A stretch of DNA of 64,000 nt from a virus (lineage: Duplodnaviria; Caudoviricetes). Under the pieces are notes generated by a model. That model saw nothing but the letters and a program-made list of their open reading frames with translations. It made no database searches and had not been told where the DNA came from. This document shows positions 16,080 through 26,642 of the stretch, piece by piece. Location of the stretch: the IMG/VR virus record IMGVR_UViG_3300047625_000012, positions 183 through 64,182 of that record, one strand, 5' to 3'. The translations under genes were made by a program, and so were the position numbers. Numbering within the stretch: the first letter of the stretch is position 1; each line of letters begins with the position of its first letter.

Positions 16080-18974
16080 TCAATTCCCTCCTGCAGGCTG
16101 GCCTGAAGCACCCGCACCCCAGTTGAGCGCACGGCGTAGCATCGGTGCCTCCCCTGCAACCCGGGCTACCCCGAGCGGCGCCACGAGAGCCGGATCGGTC
16201 ACCGCATCGAGCCCCACGTCCTCCAGGCTCTTAGGCGGCGCTACGCCGGCCGCCTGCTGGAGCCGCTGCTTGAGCTGCCCCAGACGCTGTGCCGCCTCGC
16301 GGGACGACTGAGGGTCGATTGAGGCCCAGAATTTCTGCGCCCCCTCCCCAGGCAAGTACCTGTCGACCGCCTCAAGCGTTTTCGGGTCCACCACCTGAAG
16401 GGGGGAAGACGCATTCGCAGCTTGGGCCGCCTGGAGCAGCCGGTGCGGGATTCCTGAGATAGTAGCTCCAGCCTGGGCTAAGCCGTGAGGAACCGCGGAG
16501 AGCGCATCCAGGATGCCCGCAGGAGTGCCTCCCTGCCCGCGTGTCCACGCCCTGCCGCCAAGAGCGGGGTTGCCCTGGGCATCGAGACCGTAGGCGAGCG
16601 ACGCAAGGTTTGTAGCGACCCTGGCGCGGTCCTCCGCGGCCTGGGAGCCGGCGCTGGGATTGATCTGCCGCGCGTAATCCGCAAGCCGGCGTATGGACGA
16701 CTGCGTGTCGTCCGGGGTACCCCCTTCCGCCATCGTCTGCCGGCGGGTGAGGAACCCCGGCTGGAGGGGGTTCTGAGCGGGACTGGGTGGCAATGCCGGC
16801 CCCTGAGGCACCGGAGCTGCGGCTGGTGGCGGCGCCGCAGCCAGGGCCGGCTCATCCGGGCTCTGGATCAGAGGCAGCTTGGGCGCACGGTCCCCGATTG
16901 CCGCAGCCCGGGCGGCGCGCTCTTCGGCCAGCTTGTCGAGGTATTGCCCGATGCGTTCCATCAGCTCTACCCGGCCCCCGCCGGCATACTCCCCCGTAGT
17001 GTCGGGGACGGTTTTACCTTCCGGACCATCCGCATTGATGACCTGATTCTCGTACCCCTCACGCTCCGCTTGCAGCTCGCGGCGGGGTCGGTCTACAAAA
17101 TAATCCTTGACCGCAGCGAGTGCGTCCCGCACAGCGCCTCCAAGCCCGGGGGATGCGGGAGACGAGGAACTTACCTCACCGCCGCCCGCAAACCCGCGCC
17201 CCCGCCGTGCAAGCGCTGCACGCAGTCGTTCGATCGGATCACCGGTGTTACCTCCAGGACCCTCCAGGCTCAAGTCTCCCGCGACCTTGCGCAGCCGGGC
17301 CGCAGCCTGTTGGTTGCGGAAGTTCATCTGCGCATCGGAAGGCTGAGGCAACCCCATGGGGGCTGTCTCAGGCGCCCCCGGAGGTGTACGCATCCTGTTC
17401 TGGTTAGGAGAAATCGACGGGGGCCGGTAAGCTACTCCGGGAGCCCCCACCGGAGCGCGCTGTGTCCCCCCCTGTTCCAACACGTTTTCGAAAGGAACTC
17501 CTCCAGCCGTGGCCGGAGGCGCGCCGTTTTGTGGCGCAATTGAGAAATCCCCCCACTTCTGCGGCCCCTGGAAATCAACCGGCTCCGCGGGACGTTCCGG
17601 CACCTGTGCCAGCTGCTCACGCAAAGCCTGCAGACGCGCACGGGCAGGATGCTGGGCCCCTGCGGCCTGCACATCCGGAGTAAGCCCCAGGCTTTCCAAC
17701 GTGCCGGGGGTTGTCGCGCCGCCCCCTGCGTTCACCATGTCAGGCGACGGCAAGTAGCCTCCAAATTTCGGCGCAGGAGCCGGAGGGGGCGGTGAGAAGC
17801 TGCCCGGCATCCGCGCAGGAAACATCTGATTCGCCGCGGCCTGCGCTGCGTCAGGATCACCTGTCATCGAGCGTCGGGCCAGTTTACCCAACGCCGTGCG
17901 GACCCAGCTTGCGGGGTCTTTGAGACTGATATCCTGCAGATCGCGGGCCATACTCGGGGGGTTGTACCGGGTCGCCTGGGTCGGCAGAGAAGCAACCTCC
18001 GGGTGGGTATCATAGAAATCCGCCAGCAACCGGGTACCCCCGTCCAGCAACTGAGGCTCCGCACGATACGCACGCGCCAATACTGACAAGTCAATATCGT
18101 TGCCCCGTAACGCACTCTGGATCGTCGCGTTTTTTGCCAGCGTCTTGCGTGCGTCTTCAAACTGTTCAGGAGTTACATCACTACCCGCGGGGATGCTGCT
18201 CTTGACGTGGTCCTCAATCGCACGGGCGAACTGCAGTTGCGCACGGCCGATCTGCTGGTTGCTGACATCCTCGGAAGCGAGGTTGGTAAATCCTTCCTGA
18301 CGCAATCCCCGCATCTCATTAATGAAATTCTGCCCCGTGAATACCCGGGTCGGATTCAGCAGCTGCTGCTTCAGGTCCTCAATCTGCGCCTGGGCCACCG
18401 GAGAGCCTGCACTCATGCGTCCCTGGGCAGGATCACCCCCCTGTCGGATAGCGGTCTGAGCGTCCTCGTTCAGACTTCCGGAAGGTAATGAATTCGCCAG
18501 CCGGTTGTAGACCGAGTTGGGCTCCCGCTTTGCGTCCTGCAGAATACTCTGGGACAGCAGCGGTTCCTGATTTGCAGGGATACCGGCTTCGTTGGCTCCG
18601 ATCGTATGTGCGATGTTCTGAGTATGCAGACGCAACGCCTCCATACCGGAAGGACCCGCGAGATTGCGCGCTACCGGCGAATTCTCAGCGGTACGCAAGC
18701 CTGCCCGCTCAAAGAGAGGCATTTCAGCATGCGTGTTGTTCGCACGGGCCAGACCCTCCTCTATCATGGAGCGCATTTCGGGGTATCTCAAAGCAGCAGC
18801 GGCCAGTGCGGTAGCCCCGACGCCTCCTGCTATCCCCAGGCCGATTGACGCACCAGAGGGGCGCCCCGTTACTGCAGCTCCCCCTGGGGGATTAGGTTGC
18901 GAGTCAACCCCCGCTGCGTGAGCTGCAGCGAGAAGCTGCTCATCCGACATGCTGTCGTAGTCTTGCTCAGCCAT
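16080..18974 (-). CDS. Internal virion / DNA ejection protein
   Basis: 964 aa, Ala/Gly/Pro-rich, at the end of a podovirus tail operon; FAGGG, YAGGG, MAEGG motifs. Confidence 0.7.
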   Translation of the reverse strand: MAEQDYDSMSDEQLLAAAHAAGVDSQPNPPGGAAVTGRPSGASIGLGIAGGVGATALAAAALRYPEMRSMIEEGLARANNTHAEMPLFERAGLRTAENSPVARNLAGPSGMEALRLHTQNIAHTIGANEAGIPANQEPLLSQSILQDAKREPNSVYNRLANSLPSGSLNEDAQTAIRQGGDPAQGRMSAGSPVAQAQIEDLKQQLLNPTRVFTGQNFINEMRGLRQEGFTNLASEDVSNQQIGRAQLQFARAIEDHVKSSIPAGSDVTPEQFEDARKTLAKNATIQSALRGNDIDLSVLARAYRAEPQLLDGGTRLLADFYDTHPEVASLPTQATRYNPPSMARDLQDISLKDPASWVRTALGKLARRSMTGDPDAAQAAANQMFPARMPGSFSPPPPAPAPKFGGYLPSPDMVNAGGGATTPGTLESLGLTPDVQAAGAQHPARARLQALREQLAQVPERPAEPVDFQGPQKWGDFSIAPQNGAPPATAGGVPFENVLEQGGTQRAPVGAPGVAYRPPSISPNQNRMRTPPGAPETAPMGLPQPSDAQMNFRNQQAAARLRKVAGDLSLEGPGGNTGDPIERLRAALARRGRGFAGGGEVSSSSPASPGLGGAVRDALAAVKDYFVDRPRRELQAEREGYENQVINADGPEGKTVPDTTGEYAGGGRVELMERIGQYLDKLAEERAARAAAIGDRAPKLPLIQSPDEPALAAAPPPAAAPVPQGPALPPSPAQNPLQPGFLTRRQTMAEGGTPDDTQSSIRRLADYARQINPSAGSQAAEDRARVATNLASLAYGLDAQGNPALGGRAWTRGQGGTPAGILDALSAVPHGLAQAGATISGIPHRLLQAAQAANASSPLQVVDPKTLEAVDRYLPGEGAQKFWASIDPQSSREAAQRLGQLKQRLQQAAGVAPPKSLEDVGLDAVTDPALVAPLGVARVAGEAPMLRRALNWGAGASGQPAGGN

Positions 18975-18975
18975 C

Positions 18976-20370
18976 TTAAGGTGCCCCGGCAGGTTGCGTC
19001 TGTTTCTGCCTGATCATCTGGATAAGCGCTGCCCGTTGCTCAAGGGTCAATGCCCCGGGCGGATGAGCGTACCCCAACACATCCCGGGTGCGGGGGGTAA
19101 GGAACCGCGTCTCGAAATCTGCCGGGTGGGACGGCAACTGCTCATATGAGAACTTTGTCCCATCCACCTGGTCTTTCAGAAACTTCAGGTAGTTCTGCAC
19201 CGCCCCCTGTGCTTGCTGCGGGGAAGAGGTAGTAGAGAAATTTTTAGCGAACTCCTGACGCTCAGTTACACCTCCTCCTCCCGGGACGATGGACTTGGTC
19301 AGCTCATCCCCCAGGATAGGCGCGACTGCCTGAATATTAGTAGGGTCTGCACTGCCGAACCACGTAGCTATTTTATTCTTAGCGTAGTTTATGGCCTGCG
19401 GGTCTTTATTGTTGAGCGCCGTGAACAGATCGTTGAAGTCACTCAGATGGGCTACGACGCGATTAGTACTGGTCAACGCCTGCCCCGTTTTACCCCCGGG
19501 GGTAAAATCATTCTCTGCCTTCTGCTGACTCTTCAACAGCTGACTGTTAGCCATGATTGCCGCATCAGTTTTACCTTCCGCCGCAGAGCGTTGTGCAATA
19601 TGACTCATGATGTCATTGACCATCGCAGGGTTGCGGGAATACCCCGGGGGTAGGGCGTGCGTATTACCCCAATACTGGTACAGGTAGTCCATCGTCTGAT
19701 CATCGATCTGCCCCGGAGCGGTTGGAGGTTTCGCTGTTTTAGCCACCGGAGCCAGCCCCGGTACCCGTTGCCCGGTGTGAGGGTCAGTAGGAACCAGTTC
19801 GCTCCCGGTATCCAACCAATGAATATTCGCGGGCGGAGTCTCAGGCTTCGGGGGCTGTGCAGTCGCCTTCATGGCCGCATCCAGCATCGAAGTCTGGTTG
19901 CGCTCTTTCAGTTCCTGCAGCTGGAGTCTGGCTTTCAAGGAAGACGCATCCACGCCCGTCAGCTGCTGAGCCAGCGAATCATCCTGAGTCTGCTGACCTT
20001 GCTGAAACTGCTGGTTCTGCTGGCGCCAGTCTGCAACCGCGCCCATCGCGTTGCTGAGCTGGTTGGATATACCCCCCGCGTACCGGGATGGCGCCATCAT
20101 TGCCTGGGCGACCCGCATCCCTAACACACCGGGGTCCATCCGCTGGGCCGCAAGGTGCTCCCGGGCCGCGCGCAGTTGCTGGCGCGCCTGCTCCGCATTC
20201 GCCTCGAAGTCCTGGAAGATCGAAGCTTCCCCGCGGGTGTCGACGCCTTCCGGATGCTCTTTGAGGTAGTTCTCTCCCCACGCGCGGCCCGCAGGGGACA
20301 CGGGAGGCGCCTGCAACGAATCCAACGCACTTGGCTGCGGTGGAGAGCTGTCGTCCTGATCGTCAGCCAT
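18976..20370 (-). CDS. Internal virion / DNA ejection protein
   Basis: Helical, Q-rich, 464 aa, within the ejection-protein cluster. Confidence 0.7.
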   Translation of the reverse strand: MADDQDDSSPPQPSALDSLQAPPVSPAGRAWGENYLKEHPEGVDTRGEASIFQDFEANAEQARQQLRAAREHLAAQRMDPGVLGMRVAQAMMAPSRYAGGISNQLSNAMGAVADWRQQNQQFQQGQQTQDDSLAQQLTGVDASSLKARLQLQELKERNQTSMLDAAMKATAQPPKPETPPANIHWLDTGSELVPTDPHTGQRVPGLAPVAKTAKPPTAPGQIDDQTMDYLYQYWGNTHALPPGYSRNPAMVNDIMSHIAQRSAAEGKTDAAIMANSQLLKSQQKAENDFTPGGKTGQALTSTNRVVAHLSDFNDLFTALNNKDPQAINYAKNKIATWFGSADPTNIQAVAPILGDELTKSIVPGGGGVTERQEFAKNFSTTSSPQQAQGAVQNYLKFLKDQVDGTKFSYEQLPSHPADFETRFLTPRTRDVLGYAHPPGALTLEQRAALIQMIRQKQTQPAGAP

Positions 20371-20373
20371 GAT

Positions 20374-21615
20374 CTACGCCGCCTCCCGTAAATGATCCAG
20401 TGCGCTGCGCCGGTGCAGTCGGCGCCGCATGGAGCCGCCACGCGCCGCGCCTCCCAGCGCACTGCCTACGGAATTCGAATTGAGTGCCGCATAAAGCCCG
20501 AGGGACTGACTGAGCGGGGAAGCGCCGGTTGAAGGAGCATACGAGGTCTGCGATCCCTGTGTCTGTCCGGGTACGGTCGTCGGCGTCGCAGTGCCGCTCA
20601 TCATCTGCGACAGCCATGATGCCTGCTGGTACGGATACTGCTCCTGGTTGAGGAAGTCCTGACGTCCCACGTTGAGGTTCTGCTGATTGAGGTTCTGCTG
20701 TTCGGCGCCGATCGTATCGAGCGCGCCTGCACCCTGCAGCCCCAGCGTCTGCCCGGTAGACGCCAGCCCGCCCAGGGTACTCGCACCCTGCAGCCCCAGC
20801 GCTCCCTGCTCGTACCCGAGACCCCCGCCGATCTGACCCAGGGTGCCCAATGCACCCGCGCCTTGCAGACCCAGCGAGCCCTGCTGACCTGCAATGCCCG
20901 CGGCCGTCGACCCGAGTCCCTGTTCGATCTGCGCCCCCTGCAGCCCAGCCTGTTGAGCCTGGGTGTAGGCCTGTCCCAGGGCAGCATTGCCCGTAGCCTG
21001 GATACTCTCTGCGAGCTGGTTCGCCCCTTCCGTCTGGGCGCGCAGATCCGCAGAGGAGCCCGCCTGTCCGGCGGCGGCGTACTGCTGGTTGATCGAGGGC
21101 TGCAGCTGGTTCTGCCAGAACTGCTGAGCCTGGGTTTCGGCCTGTCCGATCACGTTCTGCGCATACGGGTTCATCTGCGCCGCAGTCGGCGCCATCCCTT
21201 GCTGCAGGTACTGTTGGGCCTGGGGCAGGTACCCCAACGCCCCCTGGTAGCCCTGATTTGCGGTCCCCAGCGCACTGCTGATCCCGGATGCAGCCTGCGG
21301 CAGATAGGACTGCGCGTTGGTGAGTGCTGCCGGGTTCGCGGAAGAAGTCGCAAGACTCTGAGCCTGACCCAGCGGCGTCTGATACTGACCCTGCAGATTC
21401 TGCACCGTACTCTGCGCCTGGGTCTGCGGAGCCGTGAACCCCGCAACCTGCGGACCCCCGTACGTCTGGTACGGCTGGGACGCCAGCACGTTGGCCTGAT
21501 TCAGGATGCCCTGGGAGTAATCCTGCAGCCACGTGGGGACGTTGCTCTGACTGGAGCTGTAGTTGGTCCCCTGAGCCGGGGTCGACCCCTGGAACAGGAA
21601 GTCCAGTGCGCTCAT
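20374..21615 (-). CDS. Internal virion / DNA pilot protein
   Basis: Q/G/A-rich; P.WLQDY...YQTYGGPQVAGFT, MNPY, YPYQQ typical of podophage pilot proteins. Confidence 0.7.
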   Translation of the reverse strand: MSALDFLFQGSTPAQGTNYSSSQSNVPTWLQDYSQGILNQANVLASQPYQTYGGPQVAGFTAPQTQAQSTVQNLQGQYQTPLGQAQSLATSSANPAALTNAQSYLPQAASGISSALGTANQGYQGALGYLPQAQQYLQQGMAPTAAQMNPYAQNVIGQAETQAQQFWQNQLQPSINQQYAAAGQAGSSADLRAQTEGANQLAESIQATGNAALGQAYTQAQQAGLQGAQIEQGLGSTAAGIAGQQGSLGLQGAGALGTLGQIGGGLGYEQGALGLQGASTLGGLASTGQTLGLQGAGALDTIGAEQQNLNQQNLNVGRQDFLNQEQYPYQQASWLSQMMSGTATPTTVPGQTQGSQTSYAPSTGASPLSQSLGLYAALNSNSVGSALGGAARGGSMRRRLHRRSALDHLREAA

Positions 21616-23675
21616 GACGATTTACCTCCCCGGAGATAGGACTCCGCGGGCTTCGCCTTCATGAACTGCTTGCCCTTTACCAGCTGCTTACCGGCGTGCT
21701 TGCGGATACGTGCACGGAGCTGATCCAACGCACGGGAGCCTGCCTCGTTGGAACCGTTCCCGAGCATGGATACTGTTCCGGCGTCCATGACGTACTCACC
21801 TCCGGAGAGTTTGGCGTCGATGGCATCCGAGGTACCGTCCCCGTGTCCGGGATCTGCGACATAACTGTCTCCTTGAGTAGAGTCAAACGCGCCGCCTTCC
21901 GACATGCCCCGCATGGAATTCAACAGATAAGGCTGGATGCCGATCGGCGGACTCTGCGGAGTGGTCGACCCTGCACCTCCGCCGGACGCCTGGGTAGCGC
22001 CCTGCGTGTTGGGGGAAAACCCCTGCACGGTGGGCAGCTGGTTGTTGCTGAAGAAGCTCTGCTCCGGACCCTCTCCGTAGGTATACCAGTTCTGCACATT
22101 CGGCTGGGTATACTGCCGTGAGTAAGTCGCGGGGGCGTGGATGATGTTGGACGGTGAGCTGTTATAGCCTGATGGGGTAGCCGGAGCAGATGCCGGCTTG
22201 TTGCCCCCACCCGCAGCCGCCGCTAGCAACGGTGCAAGCGCGCCGTACTTCTGGAGGAGCTGACCCAGGGAAGACACTCCGAGCGCGCTCCCCAGCCCGC
22301 TCAGTATCCCGCCACCACCACCACCTCCGCCGGACATACTACTGCCCGCGTACGGGTTGTTGATGTTGTCCACCCCGGACTGATTAGCCTCATCCAGCTG
22401 GGCATTCGCACTGCTCGTGTCGATCGGAACCAGACTGCTCTGGTCCGGCGGGGTATAGAAAGGGTCGGTCGCCTGCCACGTGGGGCTGTCCGACGACGGC
22501 GTAAAATAATCTACGTAGCCCCCGTCGTCGTAGTGACGCGCACGGTCTGCGAAAGAGCCTTCGTAGAGATGCTTCAACCGGCTGCGTACGTTGTTTTTAC
22601 TCACATCGCCACCACTGCTGAATTTGGTAGAAGTCAGGGAACGGGGAGCCCGGCTCGCCAGCGCCGTAACATCCGCCGCGGTTGTCTTCTGGTCCTGGGC
22701 TTCCCGTTGAGCCGTAGCTGCCTGATACTGCGCCTGGAATGGGCTGTTTTTATAGATGTCCTGAAAGGGCGACTGTCCCCCGACAGAGGTCCAGTCGTGC
22801 GCGGCGTTGCCTGACATGTACTCATTCGTCATGTCCTGCAACAGCCCCTGGTTTGTCGCGGTGTAGGTCTGCCCTACATTGTTGTAGCCCGAGCCCATTG
22901 AATTGACCCAGGGGGATACGACCTGGTTGTATACCGCATTCGGATTGTTGCCCAACGACGGGTTGGCCGTAACGGCCTGATTGATCTTACCCACCAGGTC
23001 GTTGGTGAACTGCTGCTCACCCATGCGTCCATACTGCTGGTACTCAGGCAGCGTGGAGGAACGCCGGTCCATCAGGCCCGCCATCTCAAGGTATGGATTC
23101 TGAACGCTGGCGGCCACGCCCGGGTTGTTTCCATACTGCCCGGTCGCGTCGATCACGTTCTGGACCGCTGAAGTCTCAGCGTCTTTCTCTCCGGGGCCGA
23201 ATGCGGAAGTCAACGCCCCCAGAGCCCCACCGACGACGCCCCCGACAACCGTTCCCAGGCCCGGGACGACTGAACCCACCGCTGCCCCGGTGGTCGCGCC
23301 GGCTTCAGCGTCGGATGCGGTATTCCCGGACTGCCAATTGTTGATTTCGTTATAGACATCCAGCGGAATGAGTATTCCACTGCCCGCAGTAGACAGAGCA
23401 GACTCACCGCCCAGCGCACCCGCCATCTGAAGCGCGGAAGCAGCCGCCCGGGTGTCTCCTTGCCAGCCTCCCTGCTGTAACCCCTGGTATATCCCCAGAG
23501 CATCCAGCGCACCGGTGGCTCCGGTATTCAGCGCGGAATCCCCCATGTAGTTGCCTGCCAGCTTGGTAGCCTGCAACCCCGCACGGGTTTGTCCGATAGG
23601 ATTCCCGGAGGTAGCCCCCCGGTACATGTTGTAGTCAGACAGACCCGATGAGATGTAATCCGCCGGGGTACTCAT
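21612..23675 (-). CDS. Internal virion protein (glycine zipper; GDGTSD..LS.GEYV domain)
   Basis: GAAVGSVVPGLGTVVGGVVGG; C-terminal GDGTSDAIDAKLSGGEYVMDA. Confidence 0.75.
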   Translation of the reverse strand: MSTPADYISSGLSDYNMYRGATSGNPIGQTRAGLQATKLAGNYMGDSALNTGATGALDALGIYQGLQQGGWQGDTRAAASALQMAGALGGESALSTAGSGILIPLDVYNEINNWQSGNTASDAEAGATTGAAVGSVVPGLGTVVGGVVGGALGALTSAFGPGEKDAETSAVQNVIDATGQYGNNPGVAASVQNPYLEMAGLMDRRSSTLPEYQQYGRMGEQQFTNDLVGKINQAVTANPSLGNNPNAVYNQVVSPWVNSMGSGYNNVGQTYTATNQGLLQDMTNEYMSGNAAHDWTSVGGQSPFQDIYKNSPFQAQYQAATAQREAQDQKTTAADVTALASRAPRSLTSTKFSSGGDVSKNNVRSRLKHLYEGSFADRARHYDDGGYVDYFTPSSDSPTWQATDPFYTPPDQSSLVPIDTSSANAQLDEANQSGVDNINNPYAGSSMSGGGGGGGGILSGLGSALGVSSLGQLLQKYGALAPLLAAAAGGGNKPASAPATPSGYNSSPSNIIHAPATYSRQYTQPNVQNWYTYGEGPEQSFFSNNQLPTVQGFSPNTQGATQASGGGAGSTTPQSPPIGIQPYLLNSMRGMSEGGAFDSTQGDSYVADPGHGDGTSDAIDAKLSGGEYVMDAGTVSMLGNGSNEAGSRALDQLRARIRKHAGKQLVKGKQFMKAKPAESYLRGGKSS

Positions 23676-23896
23676 AGCTGCACACACTGTACGAAGCGCT
23701 CAGCCCAGCTGCGCCAATCATGAAAACCCTTGGGCACAGGCGGGCTGGCCGTAGCGATCGAAGGAATGGAGATGACGCCTGCAGCCCAGGATTGCCAGTC
23801 CTCGCCCATCAACCGGGGTACCGGCGCTGCGGTAGATAACGTCAGACTCACCGCATCCGTCCACTGCTTGAGCGTGAGATGTCGCGGGTCGATCAC
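23672..23896 (-). CDS. Small conserved virion-module protein
   Basis: IDPR...WQSWA...P.P.GF.DWR.WA. Confidence 0.7.
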   Translation of the reverse strand: MIDPRHLTLKQWTDAVSLTLSTAAPVPRLMGEDWQSWAAGVISIPSIATASPPVPKGFHDWRSWAERFVQCVQL

Positions 23897-25458
23897 TTGG
23901 TGTACCTCCCGTCGGTCTCTTCAATATGCGCAAGCGTATTACCCAGGGTGTAGTCCCCGCCGGGCGTATTGGATTCAAACTGGAACGCCAGCAGCCGGGC
24001 GTTCTGCTTCAACAACGCAAGCTCCTGATCCGGGGTTGTAATCACCGCAGGGATGAGCGTAGCCGGAGACGACGAGTCCTGTGTCTCCCGGGCATTCGCA
24101 CGGGAAAATACCGTCACGGTGAGATCGGTAGCCGCACTTCCTGCCGGAGTGAGATCAGGCTCCACCAGTGAGACCCGGTAAGCCTTGTCTTTCGGCGGGT
24201 TCCCGGTGATGGGGCTGAATTCGGCTGTTTTGAAGTAAGAGCGTACCGGGAAGCTTGCTCCCGCCAGTACCTTGTCCGTCCCCGTTTCGTGCTGCCACAG
24301 GGTATAGCCCGTTGTCGTCTGCACAAGATCCGTAAAGTAGGGTTTGTTGAATACACGCGGGGACACCCCGGAGGACCGGCTCCCTCCACCGGTGCCGGAA
24401 ACTGCATCCGGGAGCGGCGTGTCGTACCACGTGTTCAGGTACGTATTGTAGATGATGGCCCAGTTGCATTCGGTAGCCCCGAACATGGGCGCACACCACC
24501 AGATTTCTCCGAAAGACTGCACTTTTATTGCGTAGACTTTCTGACGCTGCGCCCAGGTCAGGTTTTTGAAAAACCACTCCACATTGAGCGGATTGGGTAG
24601 CTCGCGCACCACTCCGTTGAACATCGAGAAGTGATCTACTTCTGCCCAGTAGTAGATCCCGTCCATCTCAACGATCCCTTGCGAGGACAGCACAGAGACA
24701 TCACTGGATACTGTGTTGAAGTTGAACGGGATACCCGCCAGCAGGTTCTGGTTGTACGTCGCAATGATGAGGTCCGACAAAGACCAGAAAACCACCGCAG
24801 GGCCCCCTGAACCGTTACGCAACGGCAACCCCTTGACGATCTTCTGATCAGACAGGAACGCGGAGTTGAACGTGATACCCGAACCGATATTGTTGATCTG
24901 GGATACATCCACACGGCCGTTGATGCTGTACCCGAACAGATACGGCGCAACCGCAACGACTCCGCCTGCAACATTCGGCATGCCGCTCGCGACCAGCTGA
25001 CTGGTAGCCGCATAGGGGCCGTAATAGATCGGCGTCTCCACCGTGTTAGTGATGTCGCTCAGGTTCTGACCTGCATTGGCTACCAGCGCCGTCTGTGCAG
25101 TTGCGGTGTTATAAAAAGAGTCAAAAGACCAGAGATCGTTGGCGTTTACCACAAACCCTGCGGGAGTCCTGTCCGATTGGAACCCCGGGTTGCCGTTCTG
25201 ATCAGACTGCACCTGGATACAGAAACTCTGTGATCCCATGTGGATATAGTTGGTTCCACCGGAGAACAGTACGTCCATCCCCCGCATGACCTCCGGGAGC
25301 TGCGAAGTGATCGCCTTATAACCCGGCATCTTGCGGGGCAAGCCGCGCCGGGTGAACCGGCACCACAAGCCGTCTTTGTACTCCTCACCCTCAAACAGGG
25401 TCCCGTCCCGCTTTATTCCGGGTTTTGAGAGAATGCGGAAAGGTTGCGCGGTAGGCAT
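23893..25458 (-). CDS. Tail tubular / head-stabilisation protein (P22 gp10-like position)
   Basis: PGIKRDGT...G.W.RF..G.PRK..GY; F.EIWW; LWQHETG; beta-rich. Confidence 0.75.
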   Translation of the reverse strand: MPTAQPFRILSKPGIKRDGTLFEGEEYKDGLWCRFTRRGLPRKMPGYKAITSQLPEVMRGMDVLFSGGTNYIHMGSQSFCIQVQSDQNGNPGFQSDRTPAGFVVNANDLWSFDSFYNTATAQTALVANAGQNLSDITNTVETPIYYGPYAATSQLVASGMPNVAGGVVAVAPYLFGYSINGRVDVSQINNIGSGITFNSAFLSDQKIVKGLPLRNGSGGPAVVFWSLSDLIIATYNQNLLAGIPFNFNTVSSDVSVLSSQGIVEMDGIYYWAEVDHFSMFNGVVRELPNPLNVEWFFKNLTWAQRQKVYAIKVQSFGEIWWCAPMFGATECNWAIIYNTYLNTWYDTPLPDAVSGTGGGSRSSGVSPRVFNKPYFTDLVQTTTGYTLWQHETGTDKVLAGASFPVRSYFKTAEFSPITGNPPKDKAYRVSLVEPDLTPAGSAATDLTVTVFSRANARETQDSSSPATLIPAVITTPDQELALLKQNARLLAFQFESNTPGGDYTLGNTLAHIEETDGRYTK

Positions 25459-26018
25459 CAGGGCGTCGCCGCCGGAGCCGGCTGCGCCTGCATCATGCTG
25501 GAGACTTGTTGAGTGAGACTCTGTGCCCGTGCATTCAGATCCGCCAGCTTGGGACCTAACGGGGGGGATGCGTCGGGTGGGGGCAGGTTGAGGGAGTCCC
25601 CCCGCGCGACGCGCGAGCCCAGCAGATACGAAGTCGAAGACTGACCCGGGGTATACCGCCGGATGGAGTTGTCCTTCAGAAACCGGATGTAGCTCGGCAC
25701 TTTGAGCTGATTCGCGACGCTGAGGTCACCGGGAGAAAAGTACTGCCCCAGGTCGTCACTGCCCGGGTGACTGTGTACGATGCCCGCAAGCGTCACCCCC
25801 TTGGGCAGGCCTACCCGCATGCCGAAGTTGTCATGGTCCGAGTTGGATACCGCTGCGGAATACGCATAGCGTCCGTCCGGACCTTTGAAGAGCGCGGCTG
25901 ACTGCTCGACATCCGGCTGTTTGCCGAAGTCTTTGGACACTTCGTGCGCCGCCTGATCAAGGCTTTCAAAAGTAGGCCCCTGATTCAACGGGGTGACCAT
26001 AGGGAATTGTTTTGGCAT
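25458..26018 (-). CDS. JAB/MPN-like (DUF4329-type) metallopeptidase-fold protein
   Basis: E...IVHSHP-x-FSPGD (JAMM-like E, HxH, S, D). Confidence 0.7.
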   Translation of the reverse strand: MPKQFPMVTPLNQGPTFESLDQAAHEVSKDFGKQPDVEQSAALFKGPDGRYAYSAAVSNSDHDNFGMRVGLPKGVTLAGIVHSHPGSDDLGQYFSPGDLSVANQLKVPSYIRFLKDNSIRRYTPGQSSTSYLLGSRVARGDSLNLPPPDASPPLGPKLADLNARAQSLTQQVSSMMQAQPAPAATP

Positions 26019-26021
26019 GAC

Positions 26022-26642
26022 TCAGGTATAGTGAAAATAAAGCTGCGCGGTGCCGCCGCCCAGCGGGGCGATCGTAGGCGTCGGCAGCGTACCGCCCCGG
26101 CCGCCTGCGTTACCGTTTCCGATCGCATCCGTAAGCCCCGCACCGCCGGTACCGTTGACCTGGTTGCTTCCAGCGGTGCCGCTGTTACCCGTAGTGTTGG
26201 AGATATTTCCCCCGCTTGCGGTACCGCCTGCACCTCCTGCTGAAGTGGATGATCCGTTGATTCCCCCGCCCCCGCCGTTAGCTGTCATCGTCGTGATGGC
26301 CAACGTGCCGCTGCTCACCGTGGAAGCTGTCCCCGCAGTGCCGCTGGTAGGCCCTGCGTTGCTGCCCGCGGAGCCCGCCGTGCCCAGAGCATACGCGATA
26401 GTCTTTCCGACCTGACCCGCCACGGAGTAGGACGACTTGGCTTGTCCCCCGCTCCCTCCACCCCCGCCTCCGTTGGCTCCGCTGTTGCCTCCACCCCCGC
26501 CTCCGCTCGTACCGTCCAACACTATGGTTACCGTGTTATACCCTGCAGGGACCGTTTCATTTCCCGACCCCGTCGTATAGGTGCGCGTAATCGGGGGCGG
26601 TGTTCCGCCAGCTCCTAACAGCATGTTCAGTATGCCGGTCAT
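26022..26642 (-). CDS. Glycine-rich tail-fibre-associated protein
   Basis: MTGILNMLLG; VP.G......GGGGGG...GGGGGSGG; TAATG overlap with fibre stop. Confidence 0.75.
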   Translation of the reverse strand: MTGILNMLLGAGGTPPPITRTYTTGSGNETVPAGYNTVTIVLDGTSGGGGGGNSGANGGGGGGSGGQAKSSYSVAGQVGKTIAYALGTAGSAGSNAGPTSGTAGTASTVSSGTLAITTMTANGGGGGINGSSTSAGGAGGTASGGNISNTTGNSGTAGSNQVNGTGGAGLTDAIGNGNAGGRGGTLPTPTIAPLGGGTAQLYFHYT

